From positions 385,950,001 to 386,014,000 of the forward strand of contig OZ024741.1 of NCBI GenBank assembly GCA_964016885.1: a DNA stretch of 64,000 nt, written 5' to 3'. The translations under genes and the position numbers were made by a program. Below are positions 56,601 through 64,000 of the stretch, one piece after another. The notes beneath the pieces were generated by a model that was not told the origin of the DNA, made no database searches, and saw only the letters and a list, made by a program, of their open reading frames with translations. How positions within the stretch are numbered: position 1 is the first letter of the stretch; every line of letters starts with the position of its first letter. The stretch is from Eledone cirrhosa (taxonomy: Eukaryota).

Positions 56601-57690
56601 AATAACATCTTTAATCCATGCTGCTGGAATTGGCGACCTGACGAAAGGAATATTGTAAATAGATGGTAAATAGATCGAGGGACCTTCCCTCACGTCTATG
56701 TCAACAAGATAATCCAACGAGGATACTATCACTTACCACACTGGCAACTAACGACCTTCAATCATCTACCCTGTTAAAGTGACGACCACTGATTCTACCA
56801 CCCTGCTAATGTGGCGACTACTCAATAACCCATAACTGCTAAACATGTGATGTGGTGAATCTTGCTGTCATTAGGCGTTCGTTGATAGGAGTCCACTCCT
56901 CAAGGGCACGACTGGCAGCCCTGTCCATGATGATTGCAACTCCATCTCGGTGGGTCCTGTTCTGACGGCCTGAGAACAGGATGGTCTTGTTTTCATGGAC
57001 AAACTTCCCAGAGTCAGTCCAGCGGACCTCGCTGAGGCCCAGGATGTTAATTTTGTAGGCCTCCATTTCTCCGATAACTTGCGCAAGTTTGGATGGTTGG
57101 TACATAGTTCTTATGTTCCAATATCCAATACGTGTGGTTGTTTTTGCAGACAGAATTCTGGTCCTCAGGATGTCGGCTTCCTCATTGAGACTTTCGCCGA
57201 CACCCGTCATACAATCTCCGGTTAGAGACAACCGTTCTCCTGACTGCTTGGAATTTAAATCTAATGCACTATGTATTGTTTTCGTAGCAGGAGAGTTTTT
57301 CCGGGAACAGGTCGCTAACCTGAAGCCCAACCACTGACATTTAGTAAAGAGACAGTAAGTGGAGTAGTCTCTGGTAGAACTGCAAACCGATGTCAACATC
57401 ATTGGATACCATCAGGGTTGCAGGTGTTATATCAGAGTTTTCCTTCTCCTAGAATTCTGCCTTGACAAAGGCTAAGGGGTCATCTCTCCCGGTGATTTTG
57501 GATGGCCATTGACTCTTAAGAGCTCCTTTACCCTTTGACAGGTTTTGTTTTTAGTCCTGCAGGATGTCCAAAGTCACCCTCCTCACCAAGAAACCTTGGT
57601 GGGGTTGCCAGTTTAGTCGCCAACGACCCGACCATGAGACAGGTTGTACTGGGATACATGTTACCAATAGCACCAACTGGTGACCTGACT
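53635..57690 (-). mobile_element. Full-length RTE LINE (family without the PHD insert) with an 11-bp TSD
   Basis: TSD TATCACACATC at 53624-53634 and 57691-57701. ORFs 56839..57402, 54025..56130 and 53647..54015 (APE, FADD RT). The (TGAGTC)n tail begins at the stop codon. Confidence 0.95.
56260..56843. mobile_element. Solo LTR (Gypsy-like) inserted into the RTE endonuclease
   Basis: It interrupts ...FTTSH|AKVTIAQCYAP. 4-bp TSD CATG at 56256-56259 and 56844-56847. Ends are TGTAG...CTAAA, one base from CTACA. Internal TATAAATAAA. Confidence 0.8.
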
Positions 57691-58348
57691 TATCACACAT
57701 CACAATACATAAAAACAAACTTAAACCCTAACTAATCTCCTTTATTACATTATATTATTACCATTAGAAAATACTTCATAAACATATATATTTTGATGTT
57801 AGAGTCTTCTCTTCCTTAAACACTATTTTCTTCTTTGCTTTCTGCGCTCATTTGTAAATGAACAATAATAATTCTTAGGGGTATAAAAACCCTAGAAAAT
57901 GCTATTTTCATTATTTCTAAAAATAGCAAAACAATTGATGCTTTGAATAGGGCCAAATATAAGTCGTTAGACATGCCCAACCAACCGTGATGGCTAAACC
58001 TATCAGCTTCAGTAATCCAGTGAAACTACACACCGATTGGTCGAAATACAGTTTGCAAAGTTTAGCATTCTGTAGCCGCTTTTCACTGTATATAAGGCAC
58101 ACAATTTACCCATCTCATTACAGTTGAAAATTGTAAACTTGACTGTCACCACAGAATATGAACCTGAAGATTGCGAAAGCATGAAATTACTTGTTCAATT
58201 AACACTTAACACTTAATATTCTACCATACTATTTCATTCTAATACCATTATAATTTTAAAGGATTGTAAATAAAACGAGTAAATCAGACAAAGTTGGAAT
58301 TCCTTTTATTAATATAATCTTCTATACACAATCATACAGACCCGTGTA

Positions 58349-58398
<50 letters not shown>

Positions 58399-58589
58399 GC
58401 TTTTAAGCTATTTTGTAGTATCTCTGTTCAGGAACACACCACTTATATTACATTTATCTCCCTGGAGCTTTGTAAAAGTCTGAGAGATTGGCTACATATA
58501 TGTTTTATATATATATATTTTTTTTTGTTTAGATGGAAGACAAAACAAAGATGAATACAAAGATGAAGAAGAGAAAGATAAAGATGAAG

Positions 58590-58915
58590 AACCTCACTGC
58601 ACCGCACTGCACTGCACCGCACTGGACTGCACCACACTGCACTGCACCACACTGCACAATACTGCACTGCACAACACCACACTGCACCACACCGCACTGC
58701 ACCACACCACATAAAAACATACAACACTACTCCACACCTCACTACATCACACCACATAAAAACACACCTCACTACATCACACCACATAAAAACACACCAC
58801 ACTACTCCACACCACAACACAACACACCACACTACATCACACCACATTAAAACACACCACACTACATCACACCACATAAAAACACCCCACACTACTCCAT
58901 ACCACATAACACCCC
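58590..58915. repeat. (CACCA/CACTG)n-type pentanucleotide repeats, also at 60017-60372
   Basis: Direct reading. Confidence 0.85.
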
Positions 58916-60016
58916 AAATTTTTTCCTCATCTTTTTTTCATGTGTTATCAACTAATCTGATCTCCAAGATGTTTGATATTGACTCTCTCTTCATGGAAAA
59001 CTTAGGTGGATGCACTTCTCTCATTTAACCCCAGAGTTTTCTCTAAGATTTTTCGTATCTTATCAACGAATATGACCTCCAAACCAGTTGGAAATGATTA
59101 GTTGTTCTAGAAAAAAGGAGGGGTAAAGCGGGTGGAAAAACCATTGTCGTTTTGTAGATATATACCCTAATGATTTTTCTTCGGTCTCCTTTTGAGTGCT
59201 ATTAACTAATCTGACCTTTTAGTTGCTTTGAATCAATTTTTTTTCCTGGGATTTGGAAACTAAAACTAAATTAAACATAAAATTAAATCTAGCCCCAACC
59301 CTAAACTCTAAATATAAACCAAACCAAGCTAAATCTAAATATAAACATTACCCCAACCCTTAAACTAAACCCTAAACTATACCCCAACCATAAAACTAAA
59401 CCCTAAACATTACCCCAACCCTAAAACTAAACCCTAAACTTTACCCCAAACCTAAAACTAAACCCTAAACTTTACCCCAAACCTAAAACTAAACCCTAAA
59501 CTTTACCCCAACCCTAAAACTAAACCCTAAACTTTACCCCAACCCTAAAACTAGACCCTAAACATTACCCCAACCCTAAACCTAACCCAGGGAAATAAGT
59601 TGATTGGAAGCATCTAGGAGGTCAGATTAATTAATAGCACAGGAAATAGCACAGGAAATAGCACAGGAAATAGCATAGGAAATAGCACAGGAAATAGCAC
59701 AGGAAATTAATAGCAAAGGAAATATACCGAAAATGATTAAGTCCCACAACATGTGAGTGGGGTGTAGATCTACAAAACTCTTCCCCTCTCCCTCTCCTCT
59801 TTCTCCAAAGCTAGTTGTTTTTGACTGGTTTGGAAGTCATATTCACTGATAACGCATGAAAATAGAATCAAAGAGAAAATTCCGAGTAAGCAGGGGTTAT
59901 CCGGGTGAAGGGGGAACCACTTCACCCCGCCGTTTTCCTGGGGGGAAAAAGTCAGTTTCAAGCATCTTGGAGATTGGATTAGTTGATAGCACATGAAAAA
60001 TAGGATGAACAAATTT
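58916..60016. mobile_element. Fold-back element with diverged ~320-430 bp arms and a central telomere-like 31-bp minisatellite
   Basis: CATGTGTTATCAACTAATC...CTCCAAGATG pairs with CATCTTGGAG...GATTAGTTGATAGCACATG. The core 59300-59590 is CCCTAAACTTTACCCCAACCCTAAAACTAAA repeats. Confidence 0.7.
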
Positions 60017-61674
60017 CACATCACATCACACCACATCAAATCACTCCGCATGCCATCACACCACGTCTCGTCTCGTCTCGTCTCGCCTCGCCTCATTTCA
60101 CCACGCCACGCCACATTTCACCACGCCACGCCACATTTCACCACACCACATCACATTTCACCACGCCACGCCACATCACATCACATCACACCACATGCTA
60201 CCACACTACATCCCACTACACCATATCCCCCACCCTACATTGAACAACACTCCACTCCACCACACTCCACTACACCACACCACTGTCCACTACACTAAAC
60301 CACACTCTACTACACTACACCCCTGTCCACTACACTAAACCACACCACACTACACCACACCACACCACACCACTGTCTATTCGACTGTTTTCTATTTCGT
60401 AGGTATGTCCAGTTACAGTAAGAGAAAGAAAGTTATTTCAAAGGATCTGAGTAAGTAAACACTTCATTGACCATCATTTTAAGCAGAATCTCAGTGTAGT
60501 TTTAAATTGACCTTTTCATATGATTACACCTCAGTCTTAACTTAATCACCTGTAGATGGATGCTACATGTAATGTTAAAATTAGTTAAACACTGTTTCCC
60601 CCTTCTCATCACATGTGGATGCTACATGTGTATTGTTAACATTAATCTAACGTTGTGTCCCCCCCCCCCCCCGCCTCACAATATCATACCACACCACATC
60701 ACACCATGTTGTACCACACCAGCCCACATAACACCATGCTATACCATATATATATATATGAGCTCCCCACTCGTTATATTAACTGTATCTCCTCGGTGTT
60801 TCGTCAAAGTCTGAGAGATCAGCTATATATTTGTTTACAATTTTTTTTATATTTAGATGGAAAAGAAGAAAAAGACGACGAAGCAGACGACTAAAATGAA
60901 AATGACAACAAAGACAAAGAAGACACGGGAAATGAAGATGACGAAAAGAAGAAGAAAGTATGATCTCAGTTCAGTCTAAACCTAATGATTTATAGATATG
61001 ATCTTAGTTCAGCCTTAACCTAATGACCTGTAGATACGATCTATTTAGGTTTAACTTAAACATTCAAAGATATTTGTATATACTTTTGTTAATGTTTGAC
61101 ATTGTTTTTTAGTTATGAAATAGCTTATAAGCTACATTATAGGACCACAGTGCATGAGCACACTGCTCTTTAAATTAACTTTATCTCCTCAGCACTTTCT
61201 AAAGTCTGAGAGATAGGCAACATACATGTTTTATATTCTTTGTTTTTGGTATTTAGATGGCAGAGAAGAAGTCAAAGGCACAGAAGAAGTCAAAGGCACA
61301 GAAGAAGTCAAAGGCACAGAAGAAGACAAAGGCACAGAAGAAGACAAAGAAAATGAACAAGAAGAACAATTATTATTACTATTATTATTGTTATTATTAT
61401 TTGTATTATTATAATCAAACTAAGCCACACTACATCAACCTATACCATACCCCACCACACTGACAAACATTATACCATACCACATTATCCAACACCACAC
61501 TATGAAACACTGTACGACCTCACATCAAACCATGCTATACCATACTACACTATACAACAATAGACAACACCACATAAGACTATGAAACACTATACTTTAC
61601 CACACTATATCACACCACTCAAGTTAGAGAGGATCAACTTTTTTCCTGGAAAGTAGAAAACCTGACTTAAAGCT

Positions 61675-64000
61675 AAAACCGAACTTTAAAAATAACACTT
61701 ACCCTAACACTTGCACTCACACATGCTCTAACAGTGAACTTAGCACTAACATGAAAACTAACACAAACACAAAATCTGAAAACTAACATTAAATAGAAAA
61801 CTAACACAAACACTAACACTAAAACTGACACTAACACTAACTTGAACACCAGCACTAAAACTAACACTACCGTAAACAATAATACAAACACTAACACTAA
61901 CCTGAACACTTACACTAAAACTAACATTAGCACAAATAATTAGCCTGAACACTAGCACTAAAACTAACACTACCATAAACACTATCACTGACCTGAGCAC
62001 TAACACTAAAAGTAACACTAACACAAACACTAATCTGAAAACTGATACTAACCAGAAAACTAAACTAACATTAACTTCAACAATAAAACAAACACTAACG
62101 CTAACAGAGATACTAACACAAATATTAACACAAAAACAAACACAAAAACAAACACTAACACAATCACTAACACTAACCTCAACACTAAAACTAACATTAA
62201 CTTGAACACTAACTCTAACCTGAAAACTAAGCTAACATTAACCTGAACACTAACATAAACACTAATGCTAACACTAACAGAAATACTAATATTAACATTC
62301 ACGCAAAAACAAAGACTAACGCTAACACAATCACTAACACTAATGGAAACATCAAACACTAATGCTAACAGAGATACTAACACTAGCACAATCTCTAACA
62401 CTAACCTTAACACTAAAACTAACACTAACATTAACTTGAACACTAACACTAACCTGAACACTTACATTAAAACTAACATTAACCTGAACACTAACACTAA
62501 AACTAACACTAACAGAGATACTAACACAAATATTAACACAAAAACAAACACTAACACTAAAACAAACACTAACACTAAAACTAACATTAACTTGAACACT
62601 AACCTGAAAACTAAGCTAACATTAACCTGAACACTAACACAAACACTCATGCTAACACTGACACTAACCTGAACACCAGCACTAAAACTAACACTACCGT
62701 AAACACTAATACAAACACTAAAACTAACATTAGCACAAACATTAGCCTGAGCACTAAAACTAACACTACCATAAACACTAACATAAACACTAACACTGAC
62801 CACTAACACTAAAAGTAACACTAACACAAACACTAATTTGAAAACTGATACTAACCAGAAAACTAAGCTAACATTAACTTCAACACTAAAACAAACACTA
62901 ACACTAACAGAGATACTAACACAAATATTAACACAAAAACAAACACTAACACAATCTCTAACACTAACCTCAACACTAAAACTAACATTAACTTGAACAC
63001 TAACTCTAACCTGAAAACTAAGCTAACATTAACCTGAACACTAACATAAACACTAATGCTAACACTAACAGAAATACTAATGCTAACATTAACACAAAAA
63101 CAAAGACTAACGCTAACACAATCACTAACACTAATGGAAACATCAAACACTAATGCTAACAGAGATACTAACACAATCTCTAACACTAACCTGAAAACTA
63201 AGCTAACATTAACCTGAACACTAATGCTAACACTAACAGAAATACTAATGCTAACATTAACACAAAAACAAAGACTAACGCTAACACAATCACTAACACT
63301 AATGGAAACATCAATCACTAATGCTAACAGAGATACTAACACAATCTCTAACATTAATGGAAACATCAATCACTAATGCTAACAGAGATACTAACACAAA
63401 TATTAACACAAAAACAAATACTAACACTAACACAATCTCTAACACTAACCTTAACATTAACTTGAACACTAACACTAACATTAACTTGAACACTAACACT
63501 AACCTGAACACTTACACTAAAACTAACATTAACCTGAACACTAACACTAAAACTAACACTAACAGAGATACTAACACAAACACTAACACAAAAACAAACA
63601 CTAGCATAATCTCTAACAGTAACTAACCTGAAAACTAAGCTAACATTAACCTGAACACTAACACAAACACTCATGCTAACACTAACAGAAATACTAATGC
63701 TAACATTAACACAAAAACAAAGACTAACGCTTACGCAATCACTAACACTAATGGAAACATCAATCACTAATGCTAACAGAGATACTAACACAAATATTAA
63801 CACAAAAACAAACACTAACACAATCTCTAACACTAACCTTAACACTAAAACTAACACGACCATAAACAGTAACACTGATCTGAGCACTAACACGAACACT
63901 GATACTAACCAGAAAACTAAGCTAACATTAACCTCAACACTAAAACAAACACTAACATTAACAGAAAACAAAGACTAGCACTAACTCTAATGGAAACACT
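61675..64000. repeat. Degenerate (AACACT)n-based satellite with larger-scale duplications
   Basis: Hexamer periodicity and a G-poor top strand. The block ACTGATACTAACCAGAAAACTAA recurs at ~62041, ~62844 and ~63898. Confidence 0.9.

Noticed and set aside
59300-59590. True telomere
   Set aside because: It is a 31-bp degenerate unit rather than pure (TTAGGG)n, it is internal, and it is enclosed by inverted arms.
61673-63978. Hydrophobic VLVLV and TNTN ORFs resembling membrane or mucin proteins
   Set aside because: They are open in several frames on both strands because of the hexamer repeat; there is no evidence of a gene.

Overview
This is eukaryotic, AT-rich, repeat-dense genomic DNA. The mix of RTE LINEs with (GAT)n tails, Nin/Deu-type and Meta-type tRNA SINEs and long (TA)n tracts suggests a coleoid cephalopod such as an octopus (inference). 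The only confident host gene is the 3' end of VWA8 (+ strand), seen as four GT-AG exons at 7157-7315, 12025-12123, 14598-14836 and 38708-38816. A candidate promoter/first exon of another gene lies at ~51.6 kb. The rest is mobile DNA and repeats: a CR1-clade LINE, many RTE LINEs (one is a single base from intact, one is full-length with a TSD and a solo LTR inside), a Penelope fragment, a CRE-like fragment, an internally deleted mariner, hAT/Tc1 MITEs, non-autonomous Helitrons, SINEs and satellites. The most interesting observations are: (1) a C4HC3 PHD-type zinc finger inserted inside the reverse transcriptase of one RTE family, with an RTE lacking it in the same window as a control; (2) a conserved, potentially double-pseudoknotted RNA motif at the exact 5' end of a full-length RTE and of two non-coding derivatives, a candidate ribozyme; (3) a 7.3-kb satellite with a 2,914-bp higher-order duplication inside a Helitron with two 3' ends; (4) a fold-back/template-switch patchwork at 2-5.5 kb. 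All calls come from reading the sequence by eye; no database search was run.
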